NCBI GenBank assembly: GCA_038064575.1
Contig: JBBTST010000019.1
Span: 1-47,155 of the forward strand
Source of the DNA: Patescibacteria group bacterium
Lineage (GTDB): Bacteria > Patescibacteriota > WWE3 > UBA101185 > 2-01-FULL-41-18
Length of the DNA: 47,155 nucleotides
Direction of reading: 5' to 3'
Below the pieces are notes generated by a model, which worked only from the letters and a program-made list of their open reading frames with translations, did no database searches and was not told the origin of the DNA. Below, one piece after another: positions 1 to 9,618 of this stretch; the first letter of the stretch is position 1, and each line of letters opens with the position of its first letter. The position numbers and the translations under genes were made by a program.

Positions 1-242
1 TCCACTAGCATAGTCATTTTCTGCTAGTGGGGAAATTCATTTAGAACTCACAAGCTCGCTTGACCCCGATCGTAAGGGTCGAATCCGTGGTAAAATTGTC
101 CACGGTAACCTCCTGACCGACCTTAATTTTTGCCTTGGTTGAAGCCTTGGCAAGAGTCAGCCATAAGGTCAGTCTATCCCCTAAACCTCAAAAAGTTAAA
201 TACTATGGGGTAATCAGCAGGCAAGACAATTTGGGGCAATTT

Positions 243-251
243 TGCTAATAT
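243..251 (+). promoter_or_regulatory. Extended -10 promoter, probably leaderless, for ftsK
   Basis: TG-c-TAATAT ends 7 nt before the ATG at 259; no Shine-Dalgarno (SD). Confidence 0.5.
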
Positions 252-258
252 TAGGCCA

Positions 259-2493
259 ATGCCTAGAGGAAGACGTAAAACTCACAAAAGAAAACTAAGT
301 AAAGGTGCCTTAAAGTCAATTTTGTCTATTTTTCTTGTAGTTACGGGGCTTTTGAGCCTTGTATCAGTATTTTCCAGCTCTGGGACGCTCCTTTCCGTTG
401 TTAACGAGGCTCAAAACCTTGTTTTTGGCTACGCTGCAATCCTTTTTGCTTTTACCACGTTCTTTGTTGCACTTCTTCTTTTCAGGGAAAGCCTTGAAAT
501 CCCTTTTATCAACATAAGAAGTTTTTTTGGTTTATTAGTCTTTGATTCTTGTTCTTTTGGACTCCTCTCGGCTTTGGAAAAAGTGCTAAAAAGAGGAGAA
601 TTACCCAATGGGTTTGAAAATGGCTACGGGGGCTTTATTGGACTTTCCCTGTTTTCTCTTCTGACGCGAGCGTTAACCTCAATGGGTGCACTAATTGTGC
701 TACTTGCAGGAGTTGCTATTGCTTTTATTTTAATTTTTGATGTATCCATTGATCAGATTTTAAAACTGTTACTTCTTATCTTAGAAAAAGTAAAAGCTTT
801 GAGGCCAACAGTTTCCCTTCCCAAAATGGATTTCAGCTCAACGGGGGGAAGTTCCTACTCTGCCCCATACACTGAGGATGAAGAGGAGCACAGTCAAACT
901 ACTGAAACAGCCTCCAAAAAGAAAGACTCAAAAAAAGAAGCTGTGTTTGAAGTGATTCAGCCTGCGCTTGAGCCTGTTGATACAAAAGCTACCGCCGGTA
1001 AGGTCCTCCATTCTGGAATCTCTACAAAAGGAGTGATTCAATCGGGGCTGCCTTACACTGATAGGGTTTGGGAATATCCTCCAATTGACCTTCTTTCAGA
1101 CTATTCTTCCCAAGCAGATAGGGGAGATGTGACTTTTAGAAAGCAATTAATAGAAAAAACTCTCTCGCGGTTTGGTATCAACGCAAAAGTACTGGAAACA
1201 AATTTTGGCCCTGCTGTTACTCAATACGCTCTTGAAATTAATTCGGTTACAAAAATTGCCAAAGTTACAAATCTGCAAAATGATTTGGCTCTTGCGCTTG
1301 CCTCCCCAACCGGTTCAGTAAGAATTGAGGCGCCAATTCCGGGAAAGTCTTTAATTGGAATTGAAGTGCCAAATATTGCAACAGGAATAGTAAGTTTTAA
1401 AAGCGTAATTACCTCTGACTCCATGAAAGGCTCCAAGTCAAAACTAAGCATAGCTCTGGGACACGATGTTTCAGGAATGCCAAGAGTTGCGGATATTTCC
1501 AAAATGCCCCACCTTTTGATTGCAGGAAGTACAGGTTCGGGCAAATCTGTATTCTTGCATTCAATTCTGTTTTCAATTTTATATAGGTGTTCTCCTGCAG
1601 AATGCAAAATCATTATGGTTGATCCAAAAAGAGTGGAACTTGTTAACTACAATGACATTCCGCATTTACTGATTCCGCCAATAACTGATGCTGAAAAAGC
1701 ACCCAACGCATTTAAATGGGCTGTTGCTGAAATGGAAAGAAGATACAAACTTTTTGAAAATGCAAAGGTGAGAAACATTACCGCTTACAATGAACTTTCA
1801 GGCTTTCAGGCCCTTTCCTACATAGTAATTCTTGTTGATGAACTTGCAGAGCTTATGGCCTTGCAGCCGGGAGAAATGGAAAAATCTATTTGCCGATTGG
1901 CACAGCTTTCAAGAGCCACCGGCATCCATTTAGTACTGGCCACACAGTCTCCAAGAGTGGATGTAATTACAGGACTAATCAAAGCAAACATTCCAACCCG
2001 TGTAGCTTTTAGTGTGTCAAGCCAGGTTGAATCAAGAATTATCATGGATACCGTTGGTGCTGAAAAACTGTTAGGAAAGGGGGATATGCTTTATATTCCG
2101 CCTGAAACTTCAAAGCCTACAAGAATTCAGGGAGTTTTTGTGTCAGATAAAGAAATAGCAAATCTTGTTGGGTTCCTTAAAAACAGTGGCGTCAAACCTG
2201 ATTATAAAGATGATGTTATGAAACCTCAAATTGTGCAAAGAGGTGAGTTTGCAAATTCCACTGATGAGCTTTTTGAAGAAGCGGTAAAAATAATTACCAC
2301 AAGTGATAAAGCCTCAGCGTCTCTTCTTCAAAGGAAACTTTCAATAGGGTATGCAAGAGCTGCCAGGCTCCTAGATGAGCTGGAAGCTAAAGGTATTGTT
2401 GGAGCTTCTGATGGAAGTAAACCCAGAGATGTGTTAATAAGAAATCCAGACATTATTTTATCCCAAGAAGATTCTGCCCCAGAGTCTTTATGA
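259..2493 (+). CDS. ftsK: DNA translocase FtsK/SpoIIIE
   Basis: N-terminal 4TM region; RIEAPIPGKS..GIEVPN; Walker A GSTGSGKS; Walker B ILVDELAELM; C-terminal gamma domain SLLQRKLSIGYARAARLLDELE. Confidence 0.97.
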   Translation: MPRGRRKTHKRKLSKGALKSILSIFLVVTGLLSLVSVFSSSGTLLSVVNEAQNLVFGYAAILFAFTTFFVALLLFRESLEIPFINIRSFFGLLVFDSCSFGLLSALEKVLKRGELPNGFENGYGGFIGLSLFSLLTRALTSMGALIVLLAGVAIAFILIFDVSIDQILKLLLLILEKVKALRPTVSLPKMDFSSTGGSSYSAPYTEDEEEHSQTTETASKKKDSKKEAVFEVIQPALEPVDTKATAGKVLHSGISTKGVIQSGLPYTDRVWEYPPIDLLSDYSSQADRGDVTFRKQLIEKTLSRFGINAKVLETNFGPAVTQYALEINSVTKIAKVTNLQNDLALALASPTGSVRIEAPIPGKSLIGIEVPNIATGIVSFKSVITSDSMKGSKSKLSIALGHDVSGMPRVADISKMPHLLIAGSTGSGKSVFLHSILFSILYRCSPAECKIIMVDPKRVELVNYNDIPHLLIPPITDAEKAPNAFKWAVAEMERRYKLFENAKVRNITAYNELSGFQALSYIVILVDELAELMALQPGEMEKSICRLAQLSRATGIHLVLATQSPRVDVITGLIKANIPTRVAFSVSSQVESRIIMDTVGAEKLLGKGDMLYIPPETSKPTRIQGVFVSDKEIANLVGFLKNSGVKPDYKDDVMKPQIVQRGEFANSTDELFEEAVKIITTSDKASASLLQRKLSIGYARAARLLDELEAKGIVGASDGSKPRDVLIRNPDIILSQEDSAPESL

Positions 2494-3416
2494 CCTTGCA
2501 TGTTATTTCTAAAAAAGTGGGCATTTCTGCAAAAGAGCTTATTGTGCTTTTGCAAGAGCTTTCAGATGAAAAACTTTCTTTCACTGCTTTGGTTTCTAAA
2601 ACCGGGCTGTCTATTGAAACTCTTAAAAAGCTTAAGAAGGAGGCACCTAGTCTTTTTTTACCAATACCTAATTTTTTTGTGCTGAGTCAAAAAGGAAAAG
2701 AGGAGCTTGGAAGAGCAATGAGTGAAAAAGGGGAGTTTAAGGAGGAGTACTCTGAAAAAGTTCTTGGATTTTATAATGAGCTTGAAAAGACAAGGCCTGC
2801 TCCTGAAAGAAGTTTTGATCAGTTCTACTCAACTCCTGAAACCCAAGTTAAGAGGCTTAAGTTTTTTATTGAAAAGGCGGATCTTAAAAACTCCTCCTTT
2901 CTGGTTTTAGGAGATGATGATTTAACGTCAGTATGTTTGGGTATCACAAATTTAGTTCAGCGGTTAGCCGTTTGTGACATAGATCAAAGACAGTTGGATT
3001 TAATATACTCCTTATCTAAAAAGTTTAGATTTGAAGCGGATACGTATCATTTTGATTTTAAAAGACCTATGCTTTCCGAACTCAAAGCAAAGTTTGATGT
3101 GGTTTTTACGGATCCTCCTTATACCAAGGAAGGCTTTAGACTTTTTTTGGATAAAGCGTTTTCAGCTTTAAACAGAACAAATGGCAGGATATATATCTGT
3201 TTTGGAAGTAGTGAGAGATCTCCTGAGAGATATTTGCCTATTCAAGAGGCGATTAATGATTACCGTTTGGTGATTGAGGAAGTTCACAAAAATTTCAATG
3301 CTTACACTGGAGCCGAGTCGGTTGGGAACAGAAGTAGTCTATATGTCTTAAGACCCACGCCTTCCTCAAAATCGGGGAGAAAGGTAAATTTGGAGAGAAT
3401 TTACACATATGAGTAA
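2490..3416 (+). CDS. bpsA: Branched-chain polyamine synthase (BpsA/DUF43, bis-aminopropyl spermidine synthase family)
   Basis: FDQFYSTPET..KR, LGDDDLTS, DIDQR and FDVVFTDPPYT..G..LFL motifs; N-terminal wHTH-like segment; ATGA overlap with ftsK stop. Confidence 0.8.
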   Translation: MTLHVISKKVGISAKELIVLLQELSDEKLSFTALVSKTGLSIETLKKLKKEAPSLFLPIPNFFVLSQKGKEELGRAMSEKGEFKEEYSEKVLGFYNELEKTRPAPERSFDQFYSTPETQVKRLKFFIEKADLKNSSFLVLGDDDLTSVCLGITNLVQRLAVCDIDQRQLDLIYSLSKKFRFEADTYHFDFKRPMLSELKAKFDVVFTDPPYTKEGFRLFLDKAFSALNRTNGRIYICFGSSERSPERYLPIQEAINDYRLVIEEVHKNFNAYTGAESVGNRSSLYVLRPTPSSKSGRKVNLERIYTYE

Positions 3417-4329
3417 TTACCAATCGCACACAAAAATGAAAAATGTGGGTGAAATGCTGAAAAACGCCAGGGAAAAAAAGAATTTAACTTATGCTGAGTG
3501 CTACAAATTTATCAGGGTTCACCCAAAATATTTGGAGGCTTTGGAGGAGGGCAATTACAAGCCTTTTTCCGGAAGCGTTCACATTAAAGGGTTCTTAAAA
3601 AATTACGCAAAATTGCTTGAGCTAAATGTTGATGAAGTTCTGGCTTTTTGGAGGAGAGAATATGATGAATCAAGAGCTGGCAACACCAAAATTATCAGAC
3701 CTCTGGAAGGTCCGCGTTTTTTGGTAACTCCCGCATCAGTTGTGGCCTTTAGTGTGGTGAGCTTGATGGTTCTGTTTTTTTCTTATCTTTTCTACCAATA
3801 CAAATCATTCACCGGTTCTCCTTCTCTTACCATTGATTCCCCAAAAGCAGATACTATGGTTTCAGCAGATGAGGTTGAGGTTTCAGGAAGAACAGACAAG
3901 GATTCTTCAATTCTTTTGAACGGAGAAAAAATACCCGTTAATCCTGATGGGACCTTTGTTACCAGAGTAAATTTACTTGAAGGCCTTAATACCCTTAATT
4001 TTTATGCTGTGAATAAGCTTGGAAAAGAAACTAAATTGACAAGAACCGTGGTTGCCAAGAAAACTGTGGAAAGTGCCTCTGTGCTTGGAAAAAAGACCAT
4101 CAAACTTGAAGTTCTTGCAGGCAACGCCTCAAGCGTACTTTTGGTTTTTGTTGATGAAAAGGAGGCTTTTAACGGAAATATGTTAACAGATTCCTCAAAG
4201 ATTTTTGAAGCCTCAAACTCAGTTAAGATAAGAGCAGAAAATGCCGGGGCTTTAAGTTTAAAATTAAATGGTGTTGATCTTGGAGCCTTTGGAAAAAAAG
4301 GAGAAGTCAAAGAACAAGAGTTTAAATAA
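3409..4329 (+). CDS. rodZ: RodZ-like protein (HTH, TM, Ig-like domain, DUF4115-like C-terminus)
   Basis: GEMLKNAREKK..YLEALEEG..IKGFLKNYAKLL HTH; one TM; Ig-like segment; C-terminal IRAENAGALSLKLNG..LG..GKKGEV; typical position after ftsK. Confidence 0.8.
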   Translation: MSNYQSHTKMKNVGEMLKNAREKKNLTYAECYKFIRVHPKYLEALEEGNYKPFSGSVHIKGFLKNYAKLLELNVDEVLAFWRREYDESRAGNTKIIRPLEGPRFLVTPASVVAFSVVSLMVLFFSYLFYQYKSFTGSPSLTIDSPKADTMVSADEVEVSGRTDKDSSILLNGEKIPVNPDGTFVTRVNLLEGLNTLNFYAVNKLGKETKLTRTVVAKKTVESASVLGKKTIKLEVLAGNASSVLLVFVDEKEAFNGNMLTDSSKIFEASNSVKIRAENAGALSLKLNGVDLGAFGKKGEVKEQEFK

Positions 4330-4349
4330 CACTTGTCACCAGACTTGTA

Positions 4350-4379
4350 TTGACTGCTTAAATAACAGTGTGTGATACT
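4350..4379 (+). promoter_or_regulatory. Sigma70-type promoter for the DUF948/YtxH pair
   Basis: TTGACT, 18-bp spacer, TGt-GATACT; AAGGA SD before ATG 4415. Confidence 0.55.
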
Positions 4380-4414
4380 TGCCTCAGTCTTGTTTTAGAA
4401 AGGATACTGCCCAG

Positions 4415-4681
4415 ATGGATCTACAAGTTTTCCTCCTTGTGATTTTGTCTCTTTTAACTATAAATGCGATTGTTGTAGGCGTTTTTGTTGTTTTATTACT
4501 CAAGGAATTTAGCATAACTCTTAAAAAGATCAACTTAATTGTAGAAGATGTGAGGCTTTTGGCGGGAACTGTTTCCAAGCCCGTTTCTACAATTGCCGAA
4601 TTTGCGGATGGGCTTACTTCGGGATTGAAAGTGTTTGGGTTTTTAAGGTCAATGGGGAGAGGTAGAAAGGAGCGTGATTAA
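4415..4681 (+). CDS. Small membrane protein, DUF948/YtxG-like
   Basis: N-terminal TM then amphipathic helix; directly upstream of a YtxH gene; start moved to the SD-preceded ATG 4415. Confidence 0.6.
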   Translation: MDLQVFLLVILSLLTINAIVVGVFVVLLLKEFSITLKKINLIVEDVRLLAGTVSKPVSTIAEFADGLTSGLKVFGFLRSMGRGRKERD

Positions 4682-4683
4682 CA

Positions 4684-5103
4684 ATGTGTGAAAGAAGAGG
4701 TGGTGGAGATTTTATGTTCGGGGTTTTTTTGGGAGCTTTAGTTGGAGGTGTTTTGGGAGTGCTTTATGCTCCGGAAGAGGGTAAGAAAACCCGTGAAAAA
4801 GCCAAAAAATTTGTTGATGATAACAAGGTAAAGGGCAAAGAGCTTATGGAAGAAGTGTCATTAAAGATAGATGAAGCTAGAGAAAAGGCCATGCCTGTAA
4901 TAGAAGAGCTCAAAGAAAAAATTGGGCCTATCATGGAAAAAATAGACTCGCTTAGTGAGCCTGCCAGAGAAGAAGTTGCAGAGTATGTTGAGGATCTCAA
5001 AGATGAAATAGAGGAAAGGCTTGACGATTCTCAGAAAAAGGAAGACAGCTTTGGTACGGATAATATGAAGAAGCGTTTTTTTAAGGGTGTCAAAAAAAGC
5101 TAA
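4684..5103 (+). CDS. YtxH domain protein
   Basis: FMFGVFLGALVGGVLGVLYAPEEGKKTRE signature followed by charged helices. Confidence 0.85.
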   Translation: MCERRGGGDFMFGVFLGALVGGVLGVLYAPEEGKKTREKAKKFVDDNKVKGKELMEEVSLKIDEAREKAMPVIEELKEKIGPIMEKIDSLSEPAREEVAEYVEDLKDEIEERLDDSQKKEDSFGTDNMKKRFFKGVKKS

Positions 5104-5108
5104 ACTCC

Positions 5109-5117
5109 TGTTATAAT
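5109..5117 (+). promoter_or_regulatory. Extended -10 leaderless promoter
   Basis: TG-t-TATAAT ends 6 nt before ATG 5124. Confidence 0.65.
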
Positions 5118-5123
5118 CTTTCC

Positions 5124-5447
5124 ATGGAGCCTACAATGGGACCCACAGTAGAAAAACCAGCACAAGCTAGTTTTGTAATCTCTGGTTTGCAAGGTTTATT
5201 TGAAGAACATCCTAAAAGTGAAGAAGTGCCCCCGCCAGTTCATCCAGAACTAAGTAAAAGAGCGTTGCCGGAGGAAGTCATTCCTCCCGATCCTTCTGTT
5301 GCTTTGGCTGTTGCTGGGAGTACCCTACCACAAAAAGTAGTTTTGGCTTCTCCTCCCCCAACAATTTTACATCCAACTCCCCAATTTACCCAGGCCTATA
5401 GAGTGGAGGAAGCTTTTGCTAAAGATTGGAAAAAGAGCAAATCTTAA
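5124..5447 (+). CDS. Hypothetical Pro-rich, probably disordered protein
   Basis: 107-aa ORF filling the gap, with its own promoter; no recognised family. Confidence 0.6.
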   Translation: MEPTMGPTVEKPAQASFVISGLQGLFEEHPKSEEVPPPVHPELSKRALPEEVIPPDPSVALAVAGSTLPQKVVLASPPPTILHPTPQFTQAYRVEEAFAKDWKKSKS

Positions 5448-5500
5448 AAAATATCCCTATCAAGTCTTTCTAATTCTGTATAATATAAAGGTCATACAAT

Positions 5501-7870
5501 ATGAATCTGTCCAATGTTAATCTAGCATTTTTAATAGATGGGGTTTTTGTGGTTCTGTATCTTTTTATTCTTGCGGGTGTTTTATACGGTGGGTTTCTAC
5601 TTTTTGCGCGGTATGTGAGATCATCAAAAAAAAAGAAGAACGCCTTAAAGTTAACTTTTTTTCTTGTAAAAATCCCTGAAGCAAATGAAATAGAGATTAA
5701 AGTGGCGGAACAACTCTTTGCCTCCCTTTATTCCATAAAAAGAGGTTTTTTTCATAGTCTGTTTAATGAACAGGAGCATATCTCCTTTGAAATTATAGGT
5801 AAAGATACTGACATCAGCTTTTATGTTGTATGCCCAAATGACATATCTGAGCTTGTAGAGAAGCAAATTAATGCTTCGTACCCTTCGGCTGAGATAGATA
5901 CAGTAGAACCGCCAAAACTTTTTGACAGGGGAGGAAAAGTAGCTTTCACTTCTTTACAGCTTGGAGGTCCCTGTTTTTACCCAATCAGAAATTATGAAGA
6001 CCTGCCTGCCGATGGTATTAGCGGAATTACAAATACAATGAGTAAGCTTTCCGCAAATGAACTTTTAGCTTTACAAATTTTAATAAAGCCTGCTGGACAT
6101 GGGTGGGTATCTGCCGGGCAAAAGTTTGTAAGCGCTTTAAAATATCACAATTCTAACCCTGAAAAAAAACAGATAAATGTGGATCAGACTTTTATGGAGG
6201 GTGTTGAGAAGAAGCTTGCAAGACCGGGCTTTGATGTCCAGTTAAACATAGTTTCTGTTTCAGATGATACTTTTAAGGCTCAAAGCAATTTAAGAAATCT
6301 TGCTGGATCTTTTGAGCAATTTACGGATGTTAAGTACAACCGGTTAAAAAGAAGATCAATCCTTTTTAAAGATAAATTTTTACGCGATTTTGTTTACAGG
6401 CATTTTTCATCAAATATTGTTTTTGTGCCCCTTCTTGAAATGTTTTTATACAGAAATTCAAGCCTTTTAAACTCTACTGAGTTGGCTACAATTTTTCACC
6501 TACCCAATAAGGAAGTTAAAACTCCAAGAATTAATTGGCTAAGATCAAAAAGAGCTCCTGCTCCGCATAATCTTCCAGAAAAGGGATTATATCTTGGGGA
6601 GTGTGCCTATAGAGGCGTAGAAAAAAAGGTGCATGTTATGACAGAGGATAGACGCAGGCATTTTTATATCATTGGTCAAACAGGCACAGGTAAATCAGAA
6701 CTCATGAAATTTATGGCTGTTCAGGATATAAAGGCCGGGCATGGAGTGGGGTTTATTGATCCTCATGGAAGTGCAATTGATGATATCCTGCTTCAAATTC
6801 CCCGTGAAAGGATGGAAGATGTTATCTACTTTAGCGCAGGAGATGAGGAAAGGCCCTTGGGTTTAAATATTTTGGAGGCGGAAACTGAACAGCAAAAACA
6901 CATTTTAGTTAACTCTTTTATAGGACTTTTATACAAGCTTTATGATCCCAACAAACAGGGTATAATGGGACCCTTGCTTGAACGCTCTATCAGAAACGTT
7001 ATGTTGACTGCAATGGAGGAGCAGGGAAATACCATGATTGAAGTTTTAAGGCTTTTAATTGATAAAAACTTTGCCAAATCAAAAATTCCTCTTATCAAAG
7101 ACCCGCTTGTTAAAAAATACTGGACAGATGAAGTAGCAAACACAAGTGAAGCAAGAAAAGGGGAAACTATGGGTTACTTTGTGTCTAAATTTGATAGGTT
7201 TGTTACGGATAGACTGATGAGAAATATTATAGGTCAACCAAAATCGGCCTTTAATTTTAGAAAAGTAATGGATGAAAAAAAGATATTGCTTGTTGACTTG
7301 TCTAAAGGAAAGATTGGAGAAGAAAACTCCAATTTCATAGGTTTAATCATGGTCCCAAGACTGCTTGCCGCAGCGTTGTCCCGTGCTGATGTGTATGGCA
7401 AAGTTGATTATCCTGATTTTTATCTGTATGTTGATGAGTTTCAAAACTTTTCAACTCCTGATATTGCAACAATTTTGTCTGAGGCCAGAAAATATAAGTT
7501 GTGTATGATCATGGCAAATCAGTTTATAGCGCAGTTATCAGATGACATAAAAACAGCGGTATTTGGGAACGTGGGTACTGTCAATGTGTTTAGGGTGGGT
7601 ATGGATGATGCCGAATATCTTGAAAATCAATTTGCCCCTGTTTTTGAAAAAAATGACATTATTAATCTGCCCATAGGCAACTCTTATATCAGACTCTTGA
7701 TCAATGGCCATCCTTCCTCACCTTTTTCTTTGCGTGTTCCCTGGGAAATAATAAAAGATCTGCCTAAAGATAAAGCTTTGGCGGAGGAAATAAAGGAGCA
7801 TTCCAGAATGAAATTTGGAGTTGACAGGCATATTGTGGAGGAGGATATTAATAGGAGAACACAGGGATAA
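5501..7870 (+). CDS. VirD4/TraG/TrwB-like ATPase (CPR type IV secretion-associated, HerA/FtsK superfamily)
   Basis: N-terminal TM; DRRRHFYIIGQTGTGKS Walker A; IDPHG; YLYVDEFQNF Walker B; ILSEARKY..ANQFIAQL; AVFGNVGT. Confidence 0.88.
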   Translation: MNLSNVNLAFLIDGVFVVLYLFILAGVLYGGFLLFARYVRSSKKKKNALKLTFFLVKIPEANEIEIKVAEQLFASLYSIKRGFFHSLFNEQEHISFEIIGKDTDISFYVVCPNDISELVEKQINASYPSAEIDTVEPPKLFDRGGKVAFTSLQLGGPCFYPIRNYEDLPADGISGITNTMSKLSANELLALQILIKPAGHGWVSAGQKFVSALKYHNSNPEKKQINVDQTFMEGVEKKLARPGFDVQLNIVSVSDDTFKAQSNLRNLAGSFEQFTDVKYNRLKRRSILFKDKFLRDFVYRHFSSNIVFVPLLEMFLYRNSSLLNSTELATIFHLPNKEVKTPRINWLRSKRAPAPHNLPEKGLYLGECAYRGVEKKVHVMTEDRRRHFYIIGQTGTGKSELMKFMAVQDIKAGHGVGFIDPHGSAIDDILLQIPRERMEDVIYFSAGDEERPLGLNILEAETEQQKHILVNSFIGLLYKLYDPNKQGIMGPLLERSIRNVMLTAMEEQGNTMIEVLRLLIDKNFAKSKIPLIKDPLVKKYWTDEVANTSEARKGETMGYFVSKFDRFVTDRLMRNIIGQPKSAFNFRKVMDEKKILLVDLSKGKIGEENSNFIGLIMVPRLLAAALSRADVYGKVDYPDFYLYVDEFQNFSTPDIATILSEARKYKLCMIMANQFIAQLSDDIKTAVFGNVGTVNVFRVGMDDAEYLENQFAPVFEKNDIINLPIGNSYIRLLINGHPSSPFSLRVPWEIIKDLPKDKALAEEIKEHSRMKFGVDRHIVEEDINRRTQG

Positions 7871-7876
7871 AATTTT

Positions 7877-9265
7877 ATGCCTAAATCTTCTTACAAACCA
7901 GAAATGGGAGCACCCCCTGAAAAGCCTAGGGACTTTCCGTCCTCAGAAAAAGTCAGATTAGTTTATGAGAATATTGAGCCGGATGATGGAAGGAAGATGG
8001 TTGAAGCAGCAGTAAGGAAGGCACTTGAAAATAATAAGGATGAATCACGTGGAGACCTGACGGTTTTTGAAAGACCTAATGGGATAACATGGAACCATAT
8101 CACTGAAGCTAGAGAGAAAGGTGAACCAGGAGTTTTTCTGAAAATGAAAACAGAGCGGAAAGGACTTTTGTGGAATTCAAGGGAAGTTCCATCCAATGAA
8201 GCGGTGATGATTGTGGATATGAGAAATGGGGAGGAGGGTCAAGACAACGCTACCTTTGCTGCAGTTCATATAAAATTTAAACCTAAAACTAAACCCCCGG
8301 AAATTGAAGGTTTTGGTCTAACTAAGATTCTTGATCAAGCAGATGTTGAGAGTGCCTTGGAAGGTGAGTCAAAGGGTGGTTTGGAGAAACTTAATGCCAG
8401 GTGGCTACGAGGGGAGATTGCCGATGCTAAATATAAAAAAGAATTGCCCACTTGTACCTTAGGACGTACTTTTGCTACTGCAGCGGAGAGGTTGGCGAAT
8501 GCAAAAGTTCCGGGAATTGGTCTTAAACTTAGTACCTCTTTTAATAACTTTGAGGATTATTTTGAACATGGTGAAGAGGAGAGGAGAGCTTACGAGAACA
8601 GGAAGAAAAAGGAAGCTGATACATGGCATGAGGCACAAAGGGCTAAATTGGAGGTTCTTGATGAATTGGGACTTAGCAGGCAAAAGGCCCAAGAAGGCTT
8701 TAAAAGGGAATCTGATCTCTGGTCCAAATGGGTGGATGAGCAAATGCCTGAAAAGATGGGGCGAATGCGCGAACGTGTGAAAGAATTGGGCTTGACCGTG
8801 GCTGATAATCCTGGAGCTTTTGAGGCTTTGATTGAAGCCTATGGGCTTCAGAATTTTACCACTCCGGAACAAGAGATAGGTCAGCTAAAGGGGAATCAGG
8901 CAGTGGTGAGGGATCTTAAGAAACAAGTAGACCTTAGCGCACAGGTACTAGGAGTTATAGAAGAGGATAACACAGCTTTACAGGAACGGGTTGAATTTCT
9001 GACTTCCGATAAAGCTTTGTTGGTTGCTGAAGTGGCCTCTCTTCAAGCCCAAATGGACACCTTTGATGAAACCGTAGAAAAACTTGTGGACCTTTCCGTT
9101 CTGGAGGCTGCTTCTCACGGAGAGACTATGAATAATTTAGCCGATTTGCAAGCAAAATATGATGCTCTGTTGAAATTGAAAGGGAGAATTGAAGCCGTTC
9201 TTAGGCTTGGATTAGAGCCTGGTCAGGAAGACGACGACCTCGTGACAAGTTTAACAGCAACCTAG
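7877..9265 (+). CDS. Hypothetical protein with C-terminal coiled coil
   Basis: 462-aa ORF 6 nt after the ATPase; heptad-like C-terminal third; no recognised family. Confidence 0.7.
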   Translation: MPKSSYKPEMGAPPEKPRDFPSSEKVRLVYENIEPDDGRKMVEAAVRKALENNKDESRGDLTVFERPNGITWNHITEAREKGEPGVFLKMKTERKGLLWNSREVPSNEAVMIVDMRNGEEGQDNATFAAVHIKFKPKTKPPEIEGFGLTKILDQADVESALEGESKGGLEKLNARWLRGEIADAKYKKELPTCTLGRTFATAAERLANAKVPGIGLKLSTSFNNFEDYFEHGEEERRAYENRKKKEADTWHEAQRAKLEVLDELGLSRQKAQEGFKRESDLWSKWVDEQMPEKMGRMRERVKELGLTVADNPGAFEALIEAYGLQNFTTPEQEIGQLKGNQAVVRDLKKQVDLSAQVLGVIEEDNTALQERVEFLTSDKALLVAEVASLQAQMDTFDETVEKLVDLSVLEAASHGETMNNLADLQAKYDALLKLKGRIEAVLRLGLEPGQEDDDLVTSLTAT

Positions 9266-9275
9266 AAAGGATTGT

Positions 9276-9578
9276 ATGAGTGAAGAACTAAAAAAAACAT
9301 ATAAGCATCTTTTGGAGGATTTGGACTTGCCAGAGGAGTTTAAAGAATCTTTATTGGCTTTTGTTGAAACATTTAGAGGAGATAATCTGAAAGAAACCAA
9401 GTTGTTTTTGGCAAATGTTCTAGCTTTAATTTATTCAATGGAGCTTCCACTTATTAAATCAAAAGCTTATGATAATATTGCAATTTCTAAGAAGCGATTG
9501 GATGCCAAATTAAAGGAAATAGATGAGGATCTCGATTTGTTGTTGAAGAATCAAAAGCTCCCATCACCGGCAGTTTGA
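9276..9578 (+). CDS. Hypothetical helical protein
   Basis: 100-aa ORF with AAGGA SD; Leu/Glu/Lys-rich. Confidence 0.6.
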   Translation: MSEELKKTYKHLLEDLDLPEEFKESLLAFVETFRGDNLKETKLFLANVLALIYSMELPLIKSKAYDNIAISKKRLDAKLKEIDEDLDLLLKNQKLPSPAV

Positions 9579-9584
9579 TCCTAC

Positions 9585-9612
9585 TTGATTCTATTTTGCG
9601 CTAATTTATACT
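9585..9612 (+). promoter_or_regulatory. Leaderless promoter of alaS
   Basis: TTGATT, 16-bp spacer, TATACT, 6 nt, ATG. Confidence 0.6.
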
Positions 9613-9618
9613 ATCCCC

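Noticed and set aside
73-90. GGGTCGAATCC resembling a tRNA T-loop; GGATTCGAC on the minus strand resembling the tmRNA 5-prime end
   Set aside because: No T-stem, acceptor stem or cloverleaf; the GGGG start of tmRNA is absent
41-187. Minus-strand protein-like frame (LWLTLAKASTKAKIKVGQEVTVDNF...)
   Set aside because: Short, bounded by stops, no convincing start codon
5501-7870. Integrative conjugative element
   Set aside because: No relaxase, integrase, VirB4 or att-like repeats in the window
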